Positions 17,171-25,287 of a stretch of 64,000 nt of DNA are shown here, one piece after another. This DNA is from Acidimicrobiia bacterium (GTDB taxonomy: Bacteria; Actinomycetota; Acidimicrobiia; Acidimicrobiales; Bin134). The stretch is taken from contig JAJDUJ010000015.1 in assembly GCA_022826705.1 (NCBI GenBank), positions 75,167 to 139,166 on the forward strand, written 5' to 3'. The notes beneath the pieces are model-generated. The model was given only the letters and a program-made list of their open reading frames with translations, was not told the origin of the DNA and made no database searches. The stretch's first letter is position 1, and each line of letters opens with the position of its first letter. The position numbers and the translations under genes were made by a program.

Positions 17171-17295
17171 ATTGGGCGATGGTGAGCTCCATTGCAGCTG
17201 ATGGCTGACGAGGGAAGAGCCCGAAGTGAAGTTGGTGGGGGTCGGACAGCTCCACCCAACGACAAACTGTCACCGTCTGCCCGCACAATGGACAT

Positions 17296-17637
17296 ATGCC
17301 GGATCCTGCGGAATTTGAACTTCCGCCTCGCCCCGGCCACCCCGTTGCCCGGGAGGAGTCGACGTCGTGGCCGGATCGCGTTGGCACGACCATGCTTGGC
17401 TCTGGCTATGAGGGGGTATTGGTAGAAGACGGATACGGCTTCCTGGCGATCTTTTGGCACGGCGATTCAGCCACGCAACTGTGGGCTGCCCGGTTGGTCG
17501 ACGTTGCGCGGGTGAAAGTCGGCGTGAGGGCTTTGGATTCCGAAGAGTGGCTGACGTTCAGCCCCGACGACTCTTTGCGGCTGCAAGAACTGTGGGGTAT
17601 CCCCGTCTACCTGCTGGAATGCCCGGAATTGTTGTGA
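17296..17637 (+). CDS. hypothetical protein (weakly supported)
   Basis: 113-aa ORF between the island and the HAD gene. Its third-position GC looks intermediate (many NNT/NNA codons) compared with neighbouring host genes. No motif recognised, and it may start at the internal Met (MLGSGYEG). Confidence 0.3.
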   Translation: MPDPAEFELPPRPGHPVAREESTSWPDRVGTTMLGSGYEGVLVEDGYGFLAIFWHGDSATQLWAARLVDVARVKVGVRALDSEEWLTFSPDDSLRLQELWGIPVYLLECPELL

Positions 17638-17655
17638 CCGAGGCTTAAGGATCCG

Positions 17656-18354
17656 CTACTGGCCGTCCAGCCAGGGGGGGAGTTGGCGGATGTCGGATAG
17701 TTCCACCCAGTTGTCGTGGGGGGAGATGGTGGCGTGCTCCAGGTCCCAAGTGAGGTGGTAGGGGATGTGGACACCGCGGCCGCCGAGGGCGACCACGGGC
17801 TCGATGTCGGAGCGCACCGAATTTCCCACCATCACGAATCGGTCGATGGCGATGTCGTGGCGCTGGAGCAGTCGGGAGTAGGTGGACTGGTCTTTCTCGG
17901 CCACGATCTCCACTGCGTCGAAGTGATCGGCCAGCCCGGAGGCGGCGATCTTGGTCTCCTGATTCCACAGGTCGCCCTTGGTGATGAGCACCAGGCGATA
18001 GTGGTGTTCCAACACCTCTATGGTCTCGGCTACTCCGTCGAGCAGCTCCACTGGGTGGGCGTGCATTTCCTTGGCCCAGCCCACAATGGTGTGGATCTCC
18101 TCCGCGGTGATCTGTCCTTCGGTGGCCTCGATCGCAGTCTCGATCATCGACAGCACGAACCCTTTGATCCCGTAGCCAAAGATGGCCACGTTGTGCCGCT
18201 CTAGTTCGATGAGTCGCTCGTGGAAGTCCACATCGGGCAGGTAGCGGGCCACCAGGTCGGCCATCCGCTGCTCGTAGTCGGCGAAGATCGACTCGTTGTG
18301 CCACAGGGTGTCATCGGCATCGAGGCCGACGGCGTGAATGGGGGCTGCGGTCAC
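17656..18354 (-). CDS. HAD-superfamily hydrolase/phosphatase
   Basis: Motif [13 protein letters not shown] near the N-terminus, with later LITKGD and MVGNSVRSD motifs. ATGA-type 4-nt overlap with add. Confidence 0.85.
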   Translation of the reverse strand: MTAAPIHAVGLDADDTLWHNESIFADYEQRMADLVARYLPDVDFHERLIELERHNVAIFGYGIKGFVLSMIETAIEATEGQITAEEIHTIVGWAKEMHAHPVELLDGVAETIEVLEHHYRLVLITKGDLWNQETKIAASGLADHFDAVEIVAEKDQSTYSRLLQRHDIAIDRFVMVGNSVRSDIEPVVALGGRGVHIPYHLTWDLEHATISPHDNWVELSDIRQLPPWLDGQ

Positions 18355-19451
18355 AGCGCCAGGGATCCGTAGGCCGGCTTGACCACCTTGTTGATGATCT
18401 CCAGGCGCTCATCGAAGGGGATGAAGGCGCTCTTCATGGCGTTGATGGTGAGCCACTGGATGTCGGCCCAGCCAAAGCCGAACTCGTCCACCAACTGCAT
18501 CACCTCTTGGGTCATGGAGGTGGCGCTCATGAGGCGGTTGTCGGTGTTGACCGTCACCCGGAACCGCAGGTCGCTCAGCACCTTGATGGGGTGCTCGGCG
18601 ATGGACGGAGCCGCCCCGGTGTGGACGTTGGAGGTGGGGCACAGCTCCAATGGGATGCGCCGGTCCCGCACGAAAGCGGCCAGACGGCCCAGCTTGGGGG
18701 TGCCGTCGGGATGGAAGTCGATGTCGTCCACGATGCGGACCCCGTGGCCCAGTCGCTCGGTGCCGCAGTATTGCACTGCCTCCCAGATGGACGGCGGGCC
18801 GTAGGCCTCGCCGGCGTGGATGGTGAAGTGGAAGTTCTCCCGCTGGATCAAGTGGAAGGCATCCAGGTGGCGGGTGGGAGGGTTGCCGGCCTCGGCCCCG
18901 GCGATATCGAAGCCCACTACCCCCTGGTCGCGGTGGCGGATGGCCAGCTGCGCGATCTCCAGCGAACGGGCCGCGGTGCGCATGGCGGTGAGCAGCGTCC
19001 CAATGCGGATGTTCCGGTTGGCGCTTCCTGCCTCGAAACCGGCCACCACCGCCTCCACCACCTCGTCCAGGCTCAACCCGCCCTCAGTGTGCAATTCAGG
19101 AGCGAAGCGGACCTCGGCGTAGACCACGCCATCGTCGTCCAGGTCTTCGGCGCACTCGGCCGCCACCCGCTCCACAGCGTCGCGGGTCTGCATGACCCCC
19201 ACGGTGTGGGCGAACGTCTCCAAGTACAAGGTGAGGTCGAGTCGGCTGGCCCCCCGCACCATCCACCGGGCCAAATCATCGGCATCGGTGGTGGGCAGAT
19301 TGTCGTAACCGGTTTCTTCCGCCAACTCCACCACGGTCTGCGGACGCAGCCCCCCGTCCAAGTGGTCGTGCAACAACACCTTGGGGGCGGCTCTTACTTC
19401 TTCGATTGTCGGATGTATCACTGGCTTAAGGTTAGGCAACCCGGTCGGCAA
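18351..19451 (-). CDS. add: adenosine deaminase
   Basis: [12 protein letters not shown] metal-binding motif, FHFTIHAGE, and the [11 protein letters not shown]-terminal motif. 366 aa. Confidence 0.93.
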   Translation of the reverse strand: MPTGLPNLKPVIHPTIEEVRAAPKVLLHDHLDGGLRPQTVVELAEETGYDNLPTTDADDLARWMVRGASRLDLTLYLETFAHTVGVMQTRDAVERVAAECAEDLDDDGVVYAEVRFAPELHTEGGLSLDEVVEAVVAGFEAGSANRNIRIGTLLTAMRTAARSLEIAQLAIRHRDQGVVGFDIAGAEAGNPPTRHLDAFHLIQRENFHFTIHAGEAYGPPSIWEAVQYCGTERLGHGVRIVDDIDFHPDGTPKLGRLAAFVRDRRIPLELCPTSNVHTGAAPSIAEHPIKVLSDLRFRVTVNTDNRLMSATSMTQEVMQLVDEFGFGWADIQWLTINAMKSAFIPFDERLEIINKVVKPAYGSLAL

Positions 19452-20700
19452 TCAGGCGGCGAGGTTCAGGAGCGGTGTCGGCGATGGTCAAGGCCGAACT
19501 CAGGGCGTCGTGGGCCGTGGGCAATAGGGAGGGGTCTTCGGTGTGGAGTTCGGCGATCACCTCGCCGGCAGACACCCGGTCGCCGTGGACACGGCGCAGG
19601 AGCACCCCGGCCGAGGCCGACACGTCGTCTTCTTTGCGGGCCCGTCCTGCCCCCAGCCGCCAGGCGGCCACTCCCACTGCCAGGGCATCAATGCGGTTGA
19701 TCACCCCATCGGCCGGCGCGGTCCAGTGGTCCACCACTTTGGCGGTGGGCAGGGGAGCGGCGGGATCGCCGCCTTGGGCGGCCACCATGGACTGCCAGGC
19801 GTCCATGGCCTGGCCGGAAGCCAGCACTTGGGCGGGATCGGCGTCCAAGTCAGCCAGAACCACCATTTCTTGGGCTAAGGCCAGGGTTACTTCCACCAAG
19901 TCGGCGGAGCCACCTCCGGCCAATGCCTCGATTGCCTCGGCTACTTCGAGGGCGTTGCCCGCAGCCAGGCCCAGTGGTTGGTCCATGTCGGTGAGGAGGG
20001 CCACGGTGTTCACGCCGTGGGCGTGGCCCAAACCGACCATGGTTCGGGCCAGCTCCTCACCCATGGCCGGGTCGGGCAGGAAGGCCCCCGAGCCGAATTT
20101 CACATCCAGCACCAGACCGGCGGTGCCCTCGGCGATCTTCTTGGACATGATCGAACTGGCGATCAGTGGGATCGACGCCACCGTCCCGGTCACGTCCCTC
20201 AGGGCGTACAGCACTCGGTCGGCGGGGGCCAGATCTGCAGTAGCCGCGGCGATCACCGCGCCTACGTCCTGAAGTTGGGCGAGGAACTCGTCGTCGCTCA
20301 GGGCGGCCCGCCAGCCGGCGATGGCCTCCATCTTGTCGAGCGTGCCCCCGGTATGGCCCAAGCCCCGGCCGGAGAGCTGTGGCACCGCCGCGCCGCAGGC
20401 CGCCACCAGCGGGCAAAGCACCAGCGACACCTTGTCGCCCACGCCGCCGGTGGAGTGCTTGTCGACGGTGGGGCGTTCCAGGCTCGACAAGTCCAACCGC
20501 TGGCCGCTGTTGATCATGGCCGCGGTCCAGGTGGCCAGCTCCCGGGAGGTCAGGCCCCGCCATACGATGGCCATGAGAAGCGCGGCGGCCTGCTCGGCCG
20601 GGATGTCTCCCGTGGTGACCCCCTCGATGAACCAGTTGATCTGCTGGTCGCTCAGTTCGCCGTCGTCTCGCTTGGCGACGATGAGATCGACTGCGTTCAC
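19432..20700 (-). CDS. deoA: thymidine/pyrimidine-nucleoside phosphorylase
   Basis: N-terminus [20 protein letters not shown], plus HSTGGVGDK and [14 protein letters not shown] motifs. 422 aa. Confidence 0.93.
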   Translation of the reverse strand: MNAVDLIVAKRDDGELSDQQINWFIEGVTTGDIPAEQAAALLMAIVWRGLTSRELATWTAAMINSGQRLDLSSLERPTVDKHSTGGVGDKVSLVLCPLVAACGAAVPQLSGRGLGHTGGTLDKMEAIAGWRAALSDDEFLAQLQDVGAVIAAATADLAPADRVLYALRDVTGTVASIPLIASSIMSKKIAEGTAGLVLDVKFGSGAFLPDPAMGEELARTMVGLGHAHGVNTVALLTDMDQPLGLAAGNALEVAEAIEALAGGGSADLVEVTLALAQEMVVLADLDADPAQVLASGQAMDAWQSMVAAQGGDPAAPLPTAKVVDHWTAPADGVINRIDALAVGVAAWRLGAGRARKEDDVSASAGVLLRRVHGDRVSAGEVIAELHTEDPSLLPTAHDALSSALTIADTAPEPRRLIADRVA

Positions 20701-20736
20701 GATCCGTCCTCGCCTCGAAGCCTCATGCGCTTGCGT

Positions 20737-21126
20737 TCACGGCAGGTCGTCGGGGCCGAAGGCACCGGGCAGCAGATCCCCCACGGTCTGGGTCTCGTTC
20801 ACCTGGCAGCTGGCCCCGCCCGCCTCATAGAGCAGTTGGCGGCAGCGTCCGCACGGGGTGAGCGGGTTGCCGTCCCCATCGGTCACCGCCACCGCTACCA
20901 GCCGTCCGCCCCCAGTACGGTGCAAGTCGCCCACCAGGCCGCACTCGGCGCACAGCGTGAGCCCGTAAGAGGCGTTCTCCACATTGCAGCCGGTTACCAC
21001 CCGGCCGTCGTCGGTCAGCGCGGCCGCGCCCACCGACAGCTTCGAGTATGGGGCGTAGGCGCTCGCGGAGGCTCTATGGGCAGCAGCCCACAGCTCGCTC
21101 CACGGAATCGCCTGTTCAGTGCTCAT
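20737..21126 (-). CDS. cdd: cytidine deaminase
   Basis: 129 aa. Zinc ligands in CAECGLV and PCGRCRQLL. Confidence 0.93.
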   Translation of the reverse strand: MSTEQAIPWSELWAAAHRASASAYAPYSKLSVGAAALTDDGRVVTGCNVENASYGLTLCAECGLVGDLHRTGGGRLVAVAVTDGDGNPLTPCGRCRQLLYEAGGASCQVNETQTVGDLLPGAFGPDDLP

Positions 21127-21141
21127 CTGACCTTGCTTCTA

Positions 21142-22452
21142 CTACTTACTTCGCTGGAAGGGCTGGCCCGCAGCCGCCGGTGGGATCGACCGGCCCACCG
21201 CCCCGGCCACCACCACCAGCGTGACAATGAACGGGAGGGCTTGGAGGAATTCGCTGGGAATCTCGAATCCGCTCACCTCGACCCCCAGGAACTGGAGCCG
21301 GGTGCCCAGTGCCCGGGAGAAGCCGAACAGCAGCGCTCCGCCGAAGGCCCCCCACGGGGTCCACTTCCCGAAGATCAGGGCGGCCAGAGCGATGAACCCC
21401 GCCGCGTTGGTCATGTTGTCTTCGAAGCGGGTTTGCGACTCCATGGAGAACCAGGCCCCGGCCAGACCGGCGATGAGCCCGCCCAAGATCACCGACTGAT
21501 AGCGGATCCGCACGACGTTCACCCCCAGCGTCTCTGCTGCATGGGGGTTCTCGCCGCACGATCGCACCCGCAGCCCCCACGGCGTGCGGAACATGACCAA
21601 CCAGGTGCCGATCACCACCAGATACATCATCCAGTAGATGGGCTTGCCCCGGAACAGCTGGTCGCCGATCACCGGGATCTCCGACAGCAAGGGCAAGCCG
21701 AACTCGGAGGTGCCCACCCCGGTGGTGATGCCGGTTTTGACGATCACCTCTGAACGCAGGAAACCGGTGAGCCCCAGGGCGAACAGGTTGATCACCACGC
21801 CGCCCACGATCTGGTTCACCCCGAAGCGGATGGACAGCACGGCGAGGAGGGCGGCCACTAATCCGCCGGCCAGCACTGAGATGAGGATGGAGAACCACAG
21901 CCACCCGGTGGACTGGGCATCTCCGATTGTGGCGTAGGTCATGTAGCCGATGCCCGCACCGGCCAGCATGGTGCCCTCGATGCCGATGTTGATGATGCCC
22001 GACCGCTCGCACCACAAGCCGGTGGTTGCTCCCAATGCCAGCGGGGTGGCCAGCACCAGTGACTCGTTGAACAAGTTGACGATGTTGGTGCTGGGGTTGT
22101 CGGACAAGGCCAGGCTAAGCACCAGTAGTAGTGGAATCACCGCCAGCGCACTCAAGAGCCGGGCCGGGCTGGCCCATCGTCGGGCTTCGGGCGGGGCGAA
22201 TCCCAGCACGGCGGTGAGCAAGAACAGCACGCCGATGGCGACCACCCAGGTTGGGGGATGGAACCCGATTCCCGCCGGGTCGGGCGGCGGCTCGAAGTTG
22301 AACCGCCGACTGTTGCCGCTGATGGCCGGGGCGACCCCGGCGAGCAGCGCGATGCCCAGCAGTCCGAACACCAGTCCGGTGATCGACTGGCGATTCAGCC
22401 CAATCCGCCCTGAGGCCCCGGTTGCGCCCACGGCGTGCTCCACGGTGGTCAC
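21142..22452 (-). CDS. nucleoside (BMP-family) ABC transporter permease
   Basis: 436-aa polytopic membrane protein. It has a 4-nt overlap with the upstream permease and lies in an operon with the BMP lipoprotein and a double-domain ATPase. Confidence 0.88.
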   Translation of the reverse strand: MTTVEHAVGATGASGRIGLNRQSITGLVFGLLGIALLAGVAPAISGNSRRFNFEPPPDPAGIGFHPPTWVVAIGVLFLLTAVLGFAPPEARRWASPARLLSALAVIPLLLVLSLALSDNPSTNIVNLFNESLVLATPLALGATTGLWCERSGIINIGIEGTMLAGAGIGYMTYATIGDAQSTGWLWFSILISVLAGGLVAALLAVLSIRFGVNQIVGGVVINLFALGLTGFLRSEVIVKTGITTGVGTSEFGLPLLSEIPVIGDQLFRGKPIYWMMYLVVIGTWLVMFRTPWGLRVRSCGENPHAAETLGVNVVRIRYQSVILGGLIAGLAGAWFSMESQTRFEDNMTNAAGFIALAALIFGKWTPWGAFGGALLFGFSRALGTRLQFLGVEVSGFEIPSEFLQALPFIVTLVVVAGAVGRSIPPAAAGQPFQRSK

Positions 22453-23609
22453 ATTGCCCCCTCGATGGAGGTGGCCTTGAACGGGCTCTGGTCGAGCTCG
22501 CGCACCCGGAACAAGTAGCGGACGATGGCGTCAGCGGCCACGAACAACAGCACCATGGCCTGGATTATCCTCACCACGTCGATGGACACGTCGGCCTCCT
22601 GCTGCATCAGCGGCGCTCCCGACAGCATCGATCCCCACAGCAGGGCGGCAGCGATGATGGCTACCGGGTTGGTGCGGGCCAAGAGCGCAATGGCGATGCC
22701 GTCGAAGCCCATCAGGAAGAAGGTGCCCGGCTGGAAGAATCCGTTGGTGCCCGAGATCTCCGAGGCTGCGGCCAAGCCAGCGAAGGCCCCGGACGCGGCC
22801 ATCGAGGCCACGATCACCCGGTTTACGTTGATGCCGGCGTAGTGGGAGGCGTGGGGGTTCAATCCAACGGTGCCCACCTCAAAACCGAACGTGGTGCGCT
22901 TGAGCACGAAGGCCACCACGAAACAGATCCCGACCAGGGCGAACAGCCCGACGTGGAGAACGGGCTGGCTGTCCACTAGTTCGGGCAGCACCGCGGTGTC
23001 GGAGATGGAATCGGTGCGGGGAACTGTGCTCTCGGTGTCTCGCAGCACCACCGGATCGCGGGAGTTCACCATCCAGCGGACCCCGAACAGCACCAAAGAG
23101 TTGAGCATGATGGTGCTGATCACCTCATGGGCGCCGGTCTTGGTTCGCAGCACGCCGGGAATCCCGCCCCAGATGGCGCCCCCCATCGTGCCGGCGATGA
23201 GGATCAGTGGAATGGCCACGAAGCCGGGCAAGTCGGACATCCACGAAAGGGCGCCGACGTAAGCAGCGGTGATGCCGCCGGCCAGCAGCTGTCCCTCGGC
23301 GCCGATGTTGAACAGCCCGGCCCGGAAGGCGAAGGCCAAGGCCAGCGCCGATCCGATGAAGGGCACCGACCGGGCTACCGACCCCGCGATCTCGTCGCCC
23401 CCGCCCACCATGCCCCGCAGCAGCGCCCAGTAGGCGGTGAAGGGGTTCACCCCGATGATGGAGATCAGCACGCCGCCGACCACGAACGACAACAGGATGG
23501 CGTAGAGCGATACGTAAAGCGGCTGCAGCCGCCACGCCTCGGTGAGCACGCGGTGGATTTGGCTGGCCGCCCGGCCAACCCCGGCATTGGCGTTTCGGGC
23601 CCCGTTCAC
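22449..23609 (-). CDS. nucleoside (BMP-family) ABC transporter permease
   Basis: Track ORF 22449..23687 trimmed to the GTG at 23609, which lies 6 nt after GGAGG. The longer version would overlap the ATPase stop by 44 nt. The protein is polytopic and hydrophobic. Confidence 0.85.
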   Translation of the reverse strand: MNGARNANAGVGRAASQIHRVLTEAWRLQPLYVSLYAILLSFVVGGVLISIIGVNPFTAYWALLRGMVGGGDEIAGSVARSVPFIGSALALAFAFRAGLFNIGAEGQLLAGGITAAYVGALSWMSDLPGFVAIPLILIAGTMGGAIWGGIPGVLRTKTGAHEVISTIMLNSLVLFGVRWMVNSRDPVVLRDTESTVPRTDSISDTAVLPELVDSQPVLHVGLFALVGICFVVAFVLKRTTFGFEVGTVGLNPHASHYAGINVNRVIVASMAASGAFAGLAAASEISGTNGFFQPGTFFLMGFDGIAIALLARTNPVAIIAAALLWGSMLSGAPLMQQEADVSIDVVRIIQAMVLLFVAADAIVRYLFRVRELDQSPFKATSIEGAM

Positions 23610-23656
23610 CGCTGGCCTCCAGCGCTCAGGCTGTCTACCCCGTTCACCGCTGGCCT
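23600..23656. repeat. perfect 19-bp direct repeat CCCCGTTCACCGCTGGCCT (38-bp period) at the ATPase/permease junction
   Basis: Copies are at 23600-23618 and 23638-23656. On the coding strand each copy carries GGCCAGCGGTGAACGGGG, which includes a GTGA stop/start overlap. Confidence 0.9.
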
Positions 23657-25188
23657 TCCGATGAGCCCGTGGCCATGAGCAGGCCAAGCTCTTCCCGGGT
23701 GGCGTCGGCGGCGTTTACCGTTCCGGCCAGTCGGCCCCGATAGAGCACGCCAATCCGATCCGACAGCGACAAGATCTCGTCCAGCTCGGCCGACACCAAA
23801 AGCACCGCCACTCCCCGGTCGCGCAGCTCGATGATCTTGCGGTGGATGAACTCGATGGAGCCCACATCCAGGCCTCGGGTGGGCTGGGCCACCACCAGGG
23901 CCTTGAGGTCGCCGGTCAGCTCTCGGGCCACGATCACCTTCTGCTGGTTGCCACCCGACAGCGTGTCGATGACGGCGTCGACCCCGGGGGTGCGGACGTC
24001 GAATTGCTCGACCAGCTCTTGGGCTTCGGCGTTGATGGCCCCGGTGTTGCGCACCCCACGCTGGGAGAACTTGCGGTGGTGGTAGCGGTTGAGCACCAGG
24101 TTGTCGGCGATGGTGTACTGGGCCACCACTCCGTGCTTGCTGCGGTTCTCGGGCACGTGGGCCACGCCGAGCTCGTTGATCTTGCGGGGACTCCAGTCGG
24201 TGGTTTCCTGGCCGAGCATCTCCACCCGCCCCCCGGCGGTCGGGCGCATCCCGCAAATGGCCTCCACCAGTTCCCGCTGGCCATTGCCCTCCACCCCGGC
24301 GATTCCGAAGATCTCACCGGCTCTCACTTCCACGTCGAAACCGGTGACCGTTTCCACTCCCCGGTCGTCGGCAACCCGCAGGTCTTGGGTCCGGAGCACC
24401 GGTGCCCCTGGATCAGCCTCGGCCTTGTCCACTCGGAAGACCACGTCGCGGCCCACCATCAAGTTGGCCAGAGACTGCTGGGTGGCGCCTTCGGCTGTGG
24501 CGGTTCCCACCACCTGTCCAGCTCGCAGCACGGTGATGCGGTCGGCCACCGCCAGCACCTCGCGCAGCTTGTGGGTGATGAAGATGATCGACTTGCCCTG
24601 GCCGGTGAGGCTTTCCACCACCCCGAAGAAGTCGTCCACCTCGCCGGGGGTCAGCACTGCGGTGGGTTCGTCGAGAATCAAGATGTCGGCATCGCGGAAC
24701 AGCGCCTTAACCAGCTCCACCCGCTGTTGTTCCCCCACCGACAGGTCGCCCACGGTGGCGTCCGGATCCACAGCCAGCCCGTAGCGCTCAGCCAGGCTAT
24801 CGATCTGGCGGCGGGCTGAGTCCAGATCGAGAAACGCCCCTTTGGTGACCTCGTTGCCCAAGATGATGTTCTCGGCCACCGTGAACACCGGTATGAGCTG
24901 GAAGTGCTGGTGGACCATGCCGATGCCCCGGGCAATGGCATCACCCGAGTCTTCGAAGTGAACCTCTTCGCCCCGCACCTTGATGGTGCCCTGGTCGGGC
25001 CGGTACAGCCCGAACACCATGTTCACCAGGGTGCTCTTGCCCGCGCCGTTCTCTCCCAGCAGGCAGTGGATCTCGCCTTGGTTGAGGGTGAGGCTCACGT
25101 CGTCGTTGGCCACTACCCCTGGGAAGGCCTTGGTGATTCCCTCAACCTCCAGCACCGGACGTGCCGCGCCCCCGCTTGCTTGAGCCAT
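23644..25188 (-). CDS. ABC transporter ATP-binding protein with two fused ABC domains (nucleoside/sugar type)
   Basis: Domain 1: GENGAGKSTLV, LSVGEQQRVELVKAL, ILILDEPTAVL. Domain 2: degenerate P-loop GVEGNGQRELV, LSGGNQQKVIVAREL, LVVAQPTRGLD. Confidence 0.93.
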   Translation of the reverse strand: MAQASGGAARPVLEVEGITKAFPGVVANDDVSLTLNQGEIHCLLGENGAGKSTLVNMVFGLYRPDQGTIKVRGEEVHFEDSGDAIARGIGMVHQHFQLIPVFTVAENIILGNEVTKGAFLDLDSARRQIDSLAERYGLAVDPDATVGDLSVGEQQRVELVKALFRDADILILDEPTAVLTPGEVDDFFGVVESLTGQGKSIIFITHKLREVLAVADRITVLRAGQVVGTATAEGATQQSLANLMVGRDVVFRVDKAEADPGAPVLRTQDLRVADDRGVETVTGFDVEVRAGEIFGIAGVEGNGQRELVEAICGMRPTAGGRVEMLGQETTDWSPRKINELGVAHVPENRSKHGVVAQYTIADNLVLNRYHHRKFSQRGVRNTGAINAEAQELVEQFDVRTPGVDAVIDTLSGGNQQKVIVARELTGDLKALVVAQPTRGLDVGSIEFIHRKIIELRDRGVAVLLVSAELDEILSLSDRIGVLYRGRLAGTVNAADATREELGLLMATGSSEGQR

Positions 25189-25227
25189 GCGCAGCCCAGG
25201 CTACGCCATACAACCGAAGCGGCACGC

Positions 25228-25266
25228 GAAAGGCGGCGGCTGAAACTCGCTCAGCCGCCGCCTTTC
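25228..25266 (-). terminator. perfect 16-bp stem / 7-nt loop hairpin between the binding-protein and ATPase genes (attenuator or mRNA-stabilising element)
   Basis: GAAAGGCGGCGGCTGA-aactcgc-TCAGCCGCCGCCTTTC. On the transcribed strand only 3 U follow the stem, so it is at best a partial intrinsic terminator. Confidence 0.5.
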
Positions 25267-25287
25267 AATTGTCGATCGCGGGATCGG

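Larger units (their letters stand above)
12867..17190. other. low-GC genomic island (horizontally acquired); no integrase, transposase or flanking tRNA
   Basis: Hand counts of 60-nt lines: 63% GC at 12601-12660, 40% at 13201-13260, 47% at 15301-15360, 62% at 17701-17760. The composition switches at about 12867 and about 17170-17200. The island contains exactly three AT-rich genes. Confidence 0.8.
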
